Counted from the stretch's first letter, positions 19,501-30,100 are shown. The stretch is DNA of 64,000 nt from a virus (IMGVR_UViG_3300042892_003674); one strand, 5' to 3'. Translations and numbers: made by a program. The notes: generated by a model not told the origin, from the sequence alone.

Positions 19501-21958
19501 CAGATGTACCAGATGAACCAGAACTACCAGATGAACCAGAACTACCAGAAGAACCAGATGTACCAGAAGAACCAGATGTACCAGAAGATCCACTAGAACC
19601 AGATGAACCACTAGAACCGGAACTACCAGAAGAACCACTTGTACCAGAAGTTCCTGCAATTGCACCAACTGATGTTACAACAAATGAGTAATATGAGTTA
19701 CCTTCAGTATAATAAACAACTGAATGTGTTGTTGAATCATTATTAGTAAGATATAATCTAACAATCATCCTGTTTGTTGGATCTATAGTTGTTGTTGGTA
19801 ATACTATATCAACATTAACTTCAACCGGTATTACTGAACTAACCCAACCAATTAACGTAATATTAGACATGATTGTTGGTCCTATAGGTGTGCCCGTTGA
19901 ATTAGTTAGTTGTATTTCAACATAAGCATCAATATCATCATTACTTGCTTGTTTTAAAAAATGTAAATGAAATCTTTGTACACCACCCGGAATTACTGAA
20001 AAACCTAATTGTGGTGTTATATAATCGGAAACCATCACATTTTGTTGACTCCCTGTTAAATTTGTCGTTACTGTTTGTGTTGTTGTGATTGATGGATATA
20101 AATCTAATAATTTATAACCTGAAATATCTGAATCTTGACTTTCATTTAAGTAGTATGCCTGACCCGCAGATATACCATTTTCACCAGAAGTACCGGATGA
20201 ACCGGATGTACCACTAGAGCCAGAGCTACCAGATGTACCTGAACTACCGGATGAACCGGATGTACCACTAGAACCAGAAGAACCACTAGAGCCGGATGTT
20301 CCACTAGATCCCGAAGAACCGGATGAACCACTAGATCCAGAAGAACCACTTGTACCAGATGTACCTGAACTACCGGATGAACCGGATGTACCACTAGAAC
20401 CAGAAGAACCGGATGAACCACTAGATCCAGAAGAACCACTTGTACCAGATGATCCTGAGCTACCGGATGAACCACTTGAACCAGAAGTACCGCTAGATCC
20501 CGATGTACCGGATGAGCCACTTGAACCAGAAATACCAGATGTACCAGAGCTACCGGATGTACCAGATGCCCCATCAATACCACTAACACCGGATGTACCA
20601 CTACTACCTGAAGTTCCACTTGTTCCGGAACTACCTGAACTACCAGAAGTACCTGAGCTACCAGAATTACCAGAAGTACCTGAGCTACCAGAATTACCAG
20701 AAGTACCTGAGCTACCAGAATTACCAGAAGTACCTGAGCTACCAGAATTACCAGAAGTACCTGAGCTACCAGAAGTACCAGAAGAGCCAGAATTACCACT
20801 CGAACCACTAGATCCTGAACTACCAGAATTACCAGAAGTACCTGAACTACCAGATGAACCAGAAGTACCGCTCGAACCGCTAGATCCTGAACTACCAGAT
20901 GAACCAGAGCTACCAGATGAACCAGAGCTACCAGAAGAACCTGAACTACCAGATGTACCAGAAGTACCTGAACTACCAGATGTACCAGAAAAACTTGCTA
21001 GAGTTGTTTGAGTAAAAGAGTAATGTATCGAACCTTCAGATTTAAGGTACACTACTGGTGGTGGATAAATACTACTAATTAAACTATTCATAGATTTAAC
21101 CTTAATTAGTATCCTATCCGTTATATCTAATGAACTACCATTTTGATATGTATCCGTATTTATCATATTTAGTGTAGTAGGTACTACAACAGGTTCCGTT
21201 GAGAATAATAAAGTTTCTACCCCAGTAATGTCAACCTTATAAACTTCACAAAAAATAGATAAGTTTGAGGTATAAATAGGATCACCATCATCAAATGATT
21301 CTCTATAACAATGAAGATAAAAAGACCAAATACCTGAGTTTATCCTTGTTATATTTGGATAATCTACTGGTGTTAAATAACTAGCAACCGTTACTGTAGA
21401 ATTTAGAGTAACTGACGCACTCGCTGTACTTTCTGTAGCACCACTTGAAATTGTAGATATTTCATTATAAGAATATGTTCCTATTGATTGTGTTGTAGAT
21501 GTATTAAGGTATAATATTTGACCAGCTGAAATTCCATTTACACCATCCGATCCACTTGTTCCTGATGTTCCTGAAGATCCATCTATCCCTGATTTTCCAG
21601 AACTACCAGATGAACCACTAGACCCTGAAGATCCATTTATCCCTGAATTTCCGGATGTTCCTGAACTACCAGAACTACCAGATGAACCACTAGATCCTGA
21701 AGATCCATTTATTCCTGAATTTCCGGATGTTCCTGATGTACCTGATGTACCATCTGAACCAGTTGCACCGTTTATCCCATCTATCCCTGAAGTACCAGAT
21801 GTACCTGAAGTTCCTGCATCACCTTGAGGTCCTACTGAGGAAGTTCCTCCACCTAAATCTAATAAGTTACCAAATCCATCGTAATATAAACCACCAACTA
21901 TTTGTACTAATCGACCATATGTATTTGAGACTGTAAGGCCTGTTAAATTATTACTCAT
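16514..21958 (-). CDS. giant Gly-Ser-Ser/Gly-Thr-Ser collagen-like fibre protein
   Basis: 1814 aa; long (G-S-S/G-T-S)n tracts, GNVGIGTTxP and NTAVG repeats typical of fibres and adhesins, C1q-like segment. Confidence 0.8.
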   Translation of the reverse strand: MSNNLTGLTVSNTYGRLVQIVGGLYYDGFGNLLDLGGGTSSVGPQGDAGTSGTSGTSGIDGINGATGSDGTSGTSGTSGNSGINGSSGSSGSSGSSGSSGTSGNSGINGSSGSSGSSGSSGKSGIDGSSGTSGTSGSDGVNGISAGQILYLNTSTTQSIGTYSYNEISTISSGATESTASASVTLNSTVTVASYLTPVDYPNITRINSGIWSFYLHCYRESFDDGDPIYTSNLSIFCEVYKVDITGVETLLFSTEPVVVPTTLNMINTDTYQNGSSLDITDRILIKVKSMNSLISSIYPPPVVYLKSEGSIHYSFTQTTLASFSGTSGSSGTSGTSGSSGSSGSSGSSGSSGSSGSSGSSGSSGTSGSSGSSGTSGNSGSSGSSGSSGNSGSSGTSGSSGTSGNSGSSGTSGNSGSSGTSGNSGSSGTSGNSGSSGTSGSSGSSGTSGTSGSSGTSGVSGIDGASGTSGSSGTSGISGSSGSSGTSGSSGTSGSSGSSGSSGSSGTSGSSGSSGSSGSSGSSGTSGSSGSSGTSGTSGSSGSSGSSGSSGSSGTSGSSGSSGSSGTSGSSGSSGTSGSSGSSGTSGSSGTSGENGISAGQAYYLNESQDSDISGYKLLDLYPSITTTQTVTTNLTGSQQNVMVSDYITPQLGFSVIPGGVQRFHLHFLKQASNDDIDAYVEIQLTNSTGTPIGPTIMSNITLIGWVSSVIPVEVNVDIVLPTTTIDPTNRMIVRLYLTNNDSTTHSVVYYTEGNSYYSFVVTSVGAIAGTSGTSGSSGSSGSSGSSGSSGSSGTSGSSGTSGSSGSSGSSGSSGSSGTSGSSGSSGTSGTSGSSGTSGSSGSSGSSGSSGSSGTSGSSGTSGSSGTSGSSGSSGSSGSSGSSGTSGSSGSSGSSGTSGSSGSSGTSGSSGSSGSSGSSGKSGSSGSSGSSGTSGSSGSSGTSGSSGSSGSSGSSGSSGKSGSSGSSGSSGTSGSSGSSGTSGSSGSSGTSGSSGSSGSSGKSGSSGSSGSSGTSGSSGSSGTSGSSGSSGTSGVNGVNGASGTSGTSGSSGTSGSSGSSGSSGSSGTSGTSPTGLVASNYVVKGIKGGSVQTITSGSDVVVTFIDEFDQNNWLTSNKFQPTLAGYYNIQTAVWWDAGSISTNQNNIQLRKNGSTQVAIQQTQILTGAGYGQEIDIIVYFNGSTDYIEVTAFTGNTTSQNINGASSGTWFTAALIVGGGTSGTSGSSGTSGSSGSSGSSGSSGTSGSSGTSGSSGSSGKSGSSGSSGSSGSSGSSGTSGLSGVNGIDGTSGTSGTSVTVSGTTNYVVKFTSSTTIGNTIIYDNGTNVGIGTTTPGAKLDINRGVSSTNTPALYVGDSTNTLVYVPYVSSGGYNGLSVAGGSILFGPASNYFTVGIQNGTGIQFGPTNTLISGNVGIGTTAPYSPLQIGNYTGTGGYSYGLAATFVSSFNSSYPTLFLGTTDTTSTQNKGGSIAFGGGSEAGSTPYTFAQIKGLKEVSGGGYSGYMSFYTTPAGSDANTERMRITSSGDVGIGTFSSGYKLGVSGDALINSLRFGRGNGNLVENTAIGLSVLNNNTSGNYNTAVGAVSMLSNTSGTYNTAVGYSSLSDNNSGQFNTAIGFGAVAANQIGNNNIGIGAYSLSGNTEGSNNLVIGVSAGQSIVGGSQNIIIGNGLDYYPTGNSFNGDNTLSISKNSDDYFGYPHFWAPTTIGVGDGGSTPILVIDPNVYSGFFLDYVFQEASSNNIMRSGTIRAVFLADMSVINWSETDILSIGSASGVTFRVYNNGTQISVDIDANLGNGEVTNINLTSRLILRAVY
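20641..20774. repeat. 27-bp perfect tandem repeat (about 5 copies) within the fibre gene
   Basis: Unit TACCAGAAGTACCTGAGCTACCAGAAT, encoding NSGSSGTSG. Confidence 0.85.
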
Positions 21959-21962
21959 AATG

Positions 21963-22003
21963 TATATATAATTTCAAAGGCAGTGTAATTTTAAAAATAT
22001 ATA
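21963..22003. promoter_or_regulatory. divergent TATATA late-type promoters
   Basis: TATATA-N4-ATG on both strands (ATG 21958 and ATG 22008). Confidence 0.6.
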
Positions 22004-22007
22004 GATT

Positions 22008-22355
22008 ATGTTACAAAAAAAATACTTGAAATGGGAAGAGGTTGACTCTGTTTGGGAAGAAACAAATTATCTTTGGGAAGATGTTGCTATTCTTATTGAG
22101 ATAGAACAAGCCGTTCTTAGAGGTGGTGGAGATTATGCTGCTTATGTAAAAGGAAATCCGTGGGAACAAGTTAGAAAAGACTTAGGTGAAGAAAAAACTA
22201 AACGAGTTATTAAACTTTATTGTAACTATAAAGGTATTGAATATGATAAATCAATTGAGATAAATGAGAGTAAAGTTAAAGTAACCGCATCAGAATTTGA
22301 ACAGTTTATCAAAACTAGTATTAGAGAATCGATAAGTATAAAAGTGAATTTTTAA
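22008..22355 (+). CDS. hypothetical protein
   Basis: W-x6 periodic N-terminus (WEE...WEE...WED). Confidence 0.75.
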   Translation: MLQKKYLKWEEVDSVWEETNYLWEDVAILIEIEQAVLRGGGDYAAYVKGNPWEQVRKDLGEEKTKRVIKLYCNYKGIEYDKSIEINESKVKVTASEFEQFIKTSIRESISIKVNF

Positions 22356-22391
22356 ATTTAATATATAAAATAAGAAAAATAATAAAAAAGT

Positions 22392-22994
22392 ATGGAAGAT
22401 GTTTTTAATTTTGATGAGTTTTTAAGTGGAACTCCAAAACCTATTATTAAAGAATCTATAAAAGAAGAAGAAGTACCAACCGAAGTAACTAAGTTCAAAC
22501 AACCTGAAGTTGAAAAAGAACTTAAATCTGAAGTAGTTAAAGAAGTAGAACCTAAAGAAACAGAAGAAGTTATGGGAACTCATATTGAAGAGTTTATACC
22601 AACAACTGAATCAGTTGAGGATGATACTTTCTATAAACTATACAAAGACATAAATGAAGAATTTGTTTGTGATATTGCAATCGAAGGTTCTTCACCAGAA
22701 GATACTTACGCCAGAATTATTGTTGAATCTGATGAATGGTCTTTAATGTTCCCAGGTGAAATCAGAAATGGTAAATGTATCGTTCCTATTAAGAAATTAG
22801 GAATCTTAAAAGAAGGTGAAATGGGTACAATTAAACTAGAAGTAGTTGCAGAAGGTAACCTATTCATACCTTGGGAGGATACATTCAAAGTAAAACTTTC
22901 AAAGAAAGTAACAGTTTCTCTTAATGAAACAAAACAACAACAAAGAAAACCAATTGTAAATAATAAAGTCGGTGTTAAAGTAAATGTAAGATAA
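22392..22994 (+). CDS. hypothetical protein (acidic N-terminal half, beta-sandwich-like C-terminal half)
   Basis: 200-aa ORF, TATATA upstream and terminator downstream. Confidence 0.75.
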   Translation: MEDVFNFDEFLSGTPKPIIKESIKEEEVPTEVTKFKQPEVEKELKSEVVKEVEPKETEEVMGTHIEEFIPTTESVEDDTFYKLYKDINEEFVCDIAIEGSSPEDTYARIIVESDEWSLMFPGEIRNGKCIVPIKKLGILKEGEMGTIKLEVVAEGNLFIPWEDTFKVKLSKKVTVSLNETKQQQRKPIVNNKVGVKVNVR

Positions 22995-23023
22995 AAAAAG
23001 AGAACGTAATGTTCTCTTTTTTT
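22993..23023. terminator. bidirectional terminator, GAGAAC variant
   Basis: A7-GAGAAC-GTAAT-GTTCTC-T7. Confidence 0.85.
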
Positions 23024-23024
23024 G

Positions 23025-23132
23025 TTAAAATATAAACGATAGTATCCACGACCATAGTTTATAACCAATAAAAATTATTATTGTCCACGTTATTAAAAAC
23101 GTCCAGTTTAATCTTTTAATTTTGTTCCACAT
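23025..23132 (-). CDS. 35-aa single-TM peptide, absent from the ORF track
   Basis: MWNKIKRLNWTFLITWTIIIFIGYKLWSWILSFIF; overlaps the methylase stop and ends at the terminator. Confidence 0.6.
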   Translation of the reverse strand: MWNKIKRLNWTFLITWTIIIFIGYKLWSWILSFIF

Positions 23133-23967
23133 AGTTAGTTATTATTATTTCAGTTGTTTCTTTATTTCCTTTTCTTGATACTTTATTGTAATCATATTTA
23201 ATCTCTTTATAAGTGAATCCATCTGTTATTAACTTATCTAACATCCAACAAGTTTTACCATCGTGGTGAAGAACCCCTGATACCATAAACGAAGCACCAA
23301 TCGAATCAATCTTCTTAATAAACTCATAAAGTTTCATATCATCTTCTTGTTTCCAAAAAGCGTTATATCCTGCTTCTGAGATTTGTTTCTTTCCAATTTT
23401 ACCGTCATCATTCTTAATTCTACCATAAGGTGGATCTAAATAAATCATCATATCAGACTGAATCTCAATATTTTCAAATGCTGTAGATAAATATACTAAA
23501 TTATCTTTAAACTTCCTAATATGTTCTGTAAAATTATTTACTTTTCTTTGTGTTGCATCCGAAAAACCACGATCACCATAAGTTTGATTAAACTTAAACT
23601 TTTGGTTGAATCTCATCATGTTGTTGGTACAAGACAACATAAGAGCCCATAACCCTTCAGGTGAAGGGTTATCATTATAATTCTCTCTAAGTGTCCCATA
23701 ACCAACCGGATTGCTTTTACCAGGACATAATGACTTAGTTTTATTTACTATATCATCAGATTCAAGTAAGCCTTTATGTATTCCAATAAGATCAGTTATT
23801 ATATCGTTAGCAATTACTGATTTATATTTATCTAAAACATTAGTATAAACAGAACCACCACCTGTGAAGACATCAACAAATGTTGATTTTGTTGTGTCAA
23901 ACTCAGGTAGTAGTTGTTCTAATAATTTAAACTTGCTTCCCGTATAGTTAAATGGTGTTTCTATCAT
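23116..23967 (-). CDS. dam: DNA adenine methyltransferase (Dam/D12 class)
   Basis: PFNYTGSK, FVDVFTGGGSV, ANDI, YLDPPY, EIIITNY. Confidence 0.85.
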   Translation of the reverse strand: MIETPFNYTGSKFKLLEQLLPEFDTTKSTFVDVFTGGGSVYTNVLDKYKSVIANDIITDLIGIHKGLLESDDIVNKTKSLCPGKSNPVGYGTLRENYNDNPSPEGLWALMLSCTNNMMRFNQKFKFNQTYGDRGFSDATQRKVNNFTEHIRKFKDNLVYLSTAFENIEIQSDMMIYLDPPYGRIKNDDGKIGKKQISEAGYNAFWKQEDDMKLYEFIKKIDSIGASFMVSGVLHHDGKTCWMLDKLITDGFTYKEIKYDYNKVSRKGNKETTEIIITNYVEQN

Positions 23968-25058
23968 TACTCTATATTAAAGTGTTTTCTTAATGTTTCA
24001 AATGCCATATCCCTTTGTTTACCAAAGTATTTAGCAGAACCACTTACTTTAATAATATTAAGATTTGCAATTACTTTTACAAAATTGATAACATCTTTTG
24101 GAAGTACTATAATGTCAGATGCTTTACACATATCAATTATTGCTTTGTTAGATGGTAACTTTTGATTTACCTTAGTATCTTCTGTAAAGATAACCTTTAA
24201 CATCTCATCATACAATAACCATTTTTGATAATTTGGATCTTTCTCAATCTTATCTCTAAACTCATTGTAACTTCTAAATTTATAGTATTCATTGAAGAAT
24301 ACACCTGCAAGTATAGTTAGTTCAATTAAAGTAGAAATAATAATAAACATTATAGAGTTTTTACTATTATCTTCTTTCTGACCTGCTGCTTCTGTTGTTA
24401 CACTTGCTTCATGTTCTTTAATCTTAGTGGCTAATTCTGTTTTCTTATCAGTAACTTGTTGTTGAATATCTTTTTTCTGTGTACTCAAATCACTAATAGT
24501 TGTTCTTTGATCTTTAGATAATCTTTGTGTTAAAGCTAAGTTTTGTAAGTTTGTAAGTGTCTCATCTTTAGACTTGAATGAATCTTCTAATCCTTTAATT
24601 TCATCTGTATAAACTTTAGTTAAACTATCATTGTATGTTTTAATAGTTTCTTTACCTTTTACTTCAATCTCTGCACTTTTAGAAGAAAACTCACTTGCAC
24701 CTTTGATAGATGCATAAAATGATAAACTTATTATTGTTAAACTTATAAAGAACAAAGGTAATACTTCTTTTGTTATTCCTTTTAACTTTAAGAAAGAAAT
24801 ACTAAACTTATCAAACATATCTCTTTTAAGTAATTCTAATCCAGCTAAAAGAATAACTGATGCAACTCCTGCTACAATTATATTACCAGTCATAGCACCT
24901 TCAATTACCTTTGATAACATGAAGTATGCCAAAAATATGGATGCAATATGTCCAAAATAAGATAATACGGTAAGTACTATGTTTATAGTCTTATAACTTT
25001 GATTGAAGTTTTGCCCGTTTATTTTCTTCTCTAATTCTTTAAATTTCTCTATTTTCAT
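23967..25058 (-). CDS. multi-TM membrane protein with coiled coil
   Basis: Three N-terminal TM segments, a coiled coil and a fourth TM segment. Confidence 0.75.
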   Translation of the reverse strand: MKIEKFKELEKKINGQNFNQSYKTINIVLTVLSYFGHIASIFLAYFMLSKVIEGAMTGNIIVAGVASVILLAGLELLKRDMFDKFSISFLKLKGITKEVLPLFFISLTIISLSFYASIKGASEFSSKSAEIEVKGKETIKTYNDSLTKVYTDEIKGLEDSFKSKDETLTNLQNLALTQRLSKDQRTTISDLSTQKKDIQQQVTDKKTELATKIKEHEASVTTEAAGQKEDNSKNSIMFIIISTLIELTILAGVFFNEYYKFRSYNEFRDKIEKDPNYQKWLLYDEMLKVIFTEDTKVNQKLPSNKAIIDMCKASDIIVLPKDVINFVKVIANLNIIKVSGSAKYFGKQRDMAFETLRKHFNIE

Positions 25059-25380
25059 CTTTAGTTATTATTTTTCCTGTCCATCTTTCCTTAAAGGTCA
25101 GATTTCTATTTTTTATACTTGAAATATAGTCTTCTTTATTTGCAAGTTTTACCTGTAAATCAAATTCACTTTTCTTTTTTACTTCAAGTTGTTCTTCTAC
25201 TTTTAATAATTTATCTTCTAAACTCATTTTAGACTGTTCACTTCTACCTTGAAACAATCTAAAGAAATATCTCCATTTTACTAAAAGATATTTAAGCTCT
25301 TCCGGAGAATAATCTCCTTCAAAATCACTTGTCATTAAAAAATTAAGAATATCTTCATCATTTAATTCTGAAATTTTCAT
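25039..25380 (-). CDS. hypothetical coiled-coil protein
   Basis: 113-aa ORF inside an operon. Confidence 0.7.
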   Translation of the reverse strand: MKISELNDEDILNFLMTSDFEGDYSPEELKYLLVKWRYFFRLFQGRSEQSKMSLEDKLLKVEEQLEVKKKSEFDLQVKLANKEDYISSIKNRNLTFKERWTGKIITKDENREI

Positions 25381-26459
25381 TGTAATCCTATTTTTTTATA
25401 CTCTTTACTATTAGTCTTCTTAATTATATCAACTAATTTAGTTTTGTTTTTATATTTTTTTGAGTGATTTAAGTGTTTACTCAAATCATTCGACTCTTCT
25501 TTAGATAGATACTCAAATTCAATTACATCTAATAAAGAGTTTGAATCTAATAAAGCGTGATCGATTTCTGTATCATCATCAACATTAAATATTGTTATAA
25601 TGTTGACCTGTATTGAATCCGATAAAAGTCCCTCTACCATCTGTAAAAGATTATTAACATATATATTAGATTTTGTAAATAGTTCATTAAAAATCATTTC
25701 ACAATCATCAATAACGATAATAGGTTTATGATATTTTTTTAAAAAACTTCTAAACTCTGAATTATTCAATGTTGCTTCCAGTAAACTATTTGGTATATAA
25801 ATTACGATCCTATCAACCTTTTCACTTATATGACTGATTATACTTGTTTTACCAGTACCTCTCTCACCATAAATAATACTCAACCCTTTATCAGATTTTT
25901 TAATAGTTTTACATAATTTATCTATAGACTTTATAGTTTTCTCATTATAATAAAGTTCTATATTATCATCTAAGTTTATTCTACTTATTGGTTCGACTTC
26001 TAAACCAGTAGGTGCGATATAAATAGTATTTAGTTTACACCCAGATTCATCATCATCATCAAAATCAATTTGACAATCAGATAATTCATTAGATATTTTA
26101 TCAACTAATTCAGAATCATCTTGATAACTTTTAAAATAGAAACTTATTTCGTGTATAAATGATGAATCACTTTCTCTATCTAACAAAATATATGAAATAT
26201 AAATAGTTTCAGAAACTTTTATAAAATAAATATCATTTATAATATTAAATTCATCTGCAGGAACTACCTCACTTGAAAAGCTTTTTTCTATGGTATACTT
26301 ATCAATAACCTCGTTAAAATCATTTTTTGAGTAGCTATTATACATTTTAATTTTATTTGGTCGATCACCAAATTTATCCCAACAATAAAGAAAATTGTTA
26401 TCATTATCTTCTTTACTTATATTTATCGACAGTTTTGTATTTTTTTTTACGGATTTCAT
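25377..26459 (-). CDS. AAA+ ATPase
   Basis: GERGTGKT, IIVIDDCE, IITIFN, IDHALL; start re-called to MKSVKK. Confidence 0.85.
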   Translation of the reverse strand: MKSVKKNTKLSINISKEDNDNNFLYCWDKFGDRPNKIKMYNSYSKNDFNEVIDKYTIEKSFSSEVVPADEFNIINDIYFIKVSETIYISYILLDRESDSSFIHEISFYFKSYQDDSELVDKISNELSDCQIDFDDDDESGCKLNTIYIAPTGLEVEPISRINLDDNIELYYNEKTIKSIDKLCKTIKKSDKGLSIIYGERGTGKTSIISHISEKVDRIVIYIPNSLLEATLNNSEFRSFLKKYHKPIIVIDDCEMIFNELFTKSNIYVNNLLQMVEGLLSDSIQVNIITIFNVDDDTEIDHALLDSNSLLDVIEFEYLSKEESNDLSKHLNHSKKYKNKTKLVDIIKKTNSKEYKKIGLQ

Positions 26460-26519
26460 AAAAATCAATTTTTTTTTTTATATATAGATTACAATAAACT
26501 ATAAACTATTACATTTTTT

Positions 26520-26735
26520 ATGAGAAATTCAGAATTAAATTCTATCCTATTGGTAAATTTGTACTTTACTGGTTGTAAATTACAAAAGCCTTCATGTCCT
26601 AGGACAGAAATGGTTAGAAAGTATCTAAGTAAAAGAATAAATAAAGCTCTAATTGAAAGAAATAGTACAGGTCGTACTTCACTTACAAGTAAAGCTTTTA
26701 TTGTTCTAGGTATTTTTGCAATATTAGTGAACTAG
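26520..26735 (+). CDS. hypothetical small protein
   Basis: 71-aa ORF filling the gap; hydrophobic C-terminus. Confidence 0.5.
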   Translation: MRNSELNSILLVNLYFTGCKLQKPSCPRTEMVRKYLSKRINKALIERNSTGRTSLTSKAFIVLGIFAILVN

Positions 26736-26736
26736 A

Positions 26737-27075
26737 CTATTGTAAGTCATTTTCATTTATTTGTTCATCCTCTGGTTGAACAATACTCTCATCTACTACA
26801 GGTATATCAATAATATCTGCAACCGGTCCACCTAAAGTTGGTCCATCAAATGTCAATAAGTCACCATCAAATGACAAAGGTCCACCCATTAAAGGACCAT
26901 TCATCATTGGTCCTGCTGGTACATTATCAAATGCTCCTTTTTCTTGTTCTTGTTTAATTAAATTCATTATGAACTCTTTTTGTGCTTTTTGAATTTTAGT
27001 ACTCTCATTCTTAACTGCGGTATTACGTGCAGCAACTTTTTGTTTGTGATTCTTTCTTGTTTTTGACTTTGGCAT
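26737..27075 (-). CDS. hypothetical protein (basic N-terminus, acidic tail)
   Basis: MPKSKTRKNHKQKVAARN. Confidence 0.75.
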   Translation of the reverse strand: MPKSKTRKNHKQKVAARNTAVKNESTKIQKAQKEFIMNLIKQEQEKGAFDNVPAGPMMNGPLMGGPLSFDGDLLTFDGPTLGGPVADIIDIPVVDESIVQPEDEQINENDLQ

Positions 27076-27123
27076 AATTTTTAGTATTTTATTTCTAATT
27101 ATATCTATTTAGTCAAATAAGTT

Positions 27124-30100
27124 TTAAAATGTGAAGTCAAAATCAAATTCCTTATTTTGTTCAATGAATAAATCTAACTGATCTCTATCTAAAAATGACT
27201 TCGTTGTACCATCTGGTAATTTAACTTCATACATGAAACCTTGTACTACAGGATTCAAAGAATCAACTGCACTTGTATTACTACCAGTAATTGGATTTGG
27301 TATATTACTACCTGTAACTCCCTTTGGTTCAATACCATCTAAAACTTTCTTAATGTCTTCCGGTGACATATTAGTAGTATCTTCAGGTACAATTTTGATA
27401 TGTGGTGCTTTAATTAAAGCTTCTATACCAAGTAAAGACCAAATAAAATCAATTACACCATTTATAAACTTTTGTATCATCTGAAAGATTGTAAGTAATC
27501 TTAATGGTTGTACTCCTTTTAGTAGATTTTTATATTGATCAGCTGTATAAGTTGGTAATGTTGGAATCATATTTACACTAATATACTTACTTAAATCTGC
27601 CTTACCTGATGCAAGTTTATCACCTACTTTACCTGCCTTACCACCTACTGCTTTACCACTAGCCGCTGCCGCTGCTGCCGCATAAGGTATTAAAGTAAGT
27701 GGACTAAATTTTAATCCAAATATTGCTAATATACCAGTTGGTGTAAAAAATTGAAGAATCCATTGAAAAGATAAGAACTCTTTCATTTTACTGGCAAGTG
27801 TCATAGGATTTGTTAAACTTGCAAAGAAATCAAACATCCATTTTATTATGTCTGCAACGACTTTAATTGGAAATGTTGTTAGTCCAAGTATAGCTTTTAA
27901 TAAGGGTTGTAAGTTTTTAGCAAATGATTCATTCTTATCAGATAACTCTTTTAATTTATCATCAATTGCAGAATTATTAGGAAAGTTTTTCTTTGCTTCA
28001 TCTAATTTTTCTTTTGCTTTATCTAAATCTTCTTGAGTACCACTTTCTAATAAAGTATCAACATCTACAAATGTTTTATTTATTTCCTCTGTAACATAAA
28101 TGAAATTATATTTATTTTGATTAGTCAAAACAAATGTTTGTAAAGAATCTTTGGGAATATACTCTACCGAACCATCCTCAAACTTTATTTGAACTTTATT
28201 TACGTCCTCATTAAAGTTAATAGTTTTATTTTTAAATGGTGGTTGTTTGTCTAGTGCAGATAACTGACTTTGAACTGGTGTCTTTAAATCTAATACCTCT
28301 TGCTTAACAATGTTTTCTAGTGGTTGACCGGTATTTTTAGCAGTTGGTTTTGCATTATCAATTAAGTATTGAACATTTTTGAAAATGTTTTTACTATCAG
28401 GAAAAATTAGTTTTAGTGGTGGTTTATTAGGTACACTACCCATATTCATTGCAATACCAAAGTTTAATTTTGCACCAAATACTGATAATGGAATTGTTGC
28501 ACCGCCATCTAATGTAAAAATACTTTGTAGATTAGTTTCATCTACATAAACATAGTTTGATAATATTGAATTCTTATAGTGTTCTCTTAATTTAGCAACT
28601 GCTTGTTTCTTTTTATCTACAACCTTTTGTAATTTACTTATTCTTTCCTCTGTCTTTTTATTTATATCTTCTACCATTTTTTTGGCTTGTGATTGTTCCA
28701 AATCACTTTTACCTTGTGCATCAGTTACTACTTTACTAGATAATTTACTGGATTCTATTCTAATACTATCAATGTTTTGTTTAATATTATCAATATCAAT
28801 GTCTTTATTACCAATTTGACTCCTCAACTGACCTGCTTTCTGAAATGTTGAAATAGCATCGCTAGATAAAAACTCAAAGTTCTTTGTCAATTTTTCGGAC
28901 ATAATATCTGTTACAAATTTAGCAGGGTTTTGAAATAATGCCATCAGCTTACTAATCTTTGGAAGTAACTTAACTCCTATATCAATCAGTAGTCTAATAA
29001 ATACACCACATGCACCAATTGCATGAGGTAGTCTATACCAACCACCGCCACCTTTACCACGACCAGCATTCTTTCTTTTACCATTCTCATCGGTATCAAA
29101 CTCATTATCATTTTTTAAAATACCTTCGACAATATAATATGACTCTTCATCTAAATCAGTTAAAGCATATCTCTTTATTATACCTAATGTTTGTGGATCA
29201 TCGGGTGCGCCGTGTCCATACCAAAGTGGATCTTTAGTAAATAAATCCGCAGTTGTTAAAAAATCATTAGTTACCTGTGTAGGATCAATAATTTTAGAAT
29301 TACTATATCTATCATCTACTTTTAATCTCCAGATTGGAATTGATTTATCAGTTACATCTATTGTATCTTTTTCGTAGTTTATACTAATACTTCTTTCTAT
29401 ACCAAATGCGGGAAGGTTATATTGAGTATTAGGTCCTTTAAATGTTTCATTATAAATATAATACCATCTTTTTATTATACCATCTTCTGAATAAACTGCT
29501 GCTTTTGTATCACCTAAAAAGTTTATACCATTTTTAATATAGTTGTTTGCAGTTGATGAGTAATACCAAATACCATCTTTTTTAGTAATTCTATAGTAAT
29601 CAGGTGTTTGTAATTGCATTGAGAAAGAAGCACCATTTGTTCCAGGTATAACTATTTTTAATGGTGCTCGTTCAACACTCCATTGATAATGATTATTAGT
29701 AAATCTAGTTGGTGCTAATTCAGACCAAACACTTATATCGTATGTATTTGTATTTTTAATTGTATTATTTTCATAATTCCAGTTCTCAAATGTATAATCA
29801 CTAATTTTATCAAAAATTTGTGTATCTGCACCATTCTTTGATATACTTAAACTAAAAGTTGCACCATTTGAAAAAGAAAACTTAACTCTATTTTTAACAA
29901 ACTTTCTAATACTTGTTCTTATCTCTGGTGTTCCTACTGCATCCAAATACTCAATTGAAGTAACCGGATCAATACGAATAACTTTCATATCATAATCTGC
30001 TTCTGGATCAATCCAGATCATACCTGCTTTACTTCCTCTTTGAACTGCTAGTTTTGCTAACTCAGGATCTTTTGCTGCGTCCGGTATAAAAACTTCAAAT

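Noticed and set aside
18723-19691. 322-aa plus-strand PE/PD-repeat ORF, and the V/L/H-rich alternative-frame ORFs at 18112, 18856, 20146 and 20593
   Set aside because: These are shadow frames of the GSS repeat gene, whose codons lack stops in other frames; they have no promoter or start context.
18760-21000. Repeat tracts as a possible CRISPR array
   Set aside because: Periodicity is 9 or 27 nt, in frame with a protein, with no unique spacers and no cas operon.
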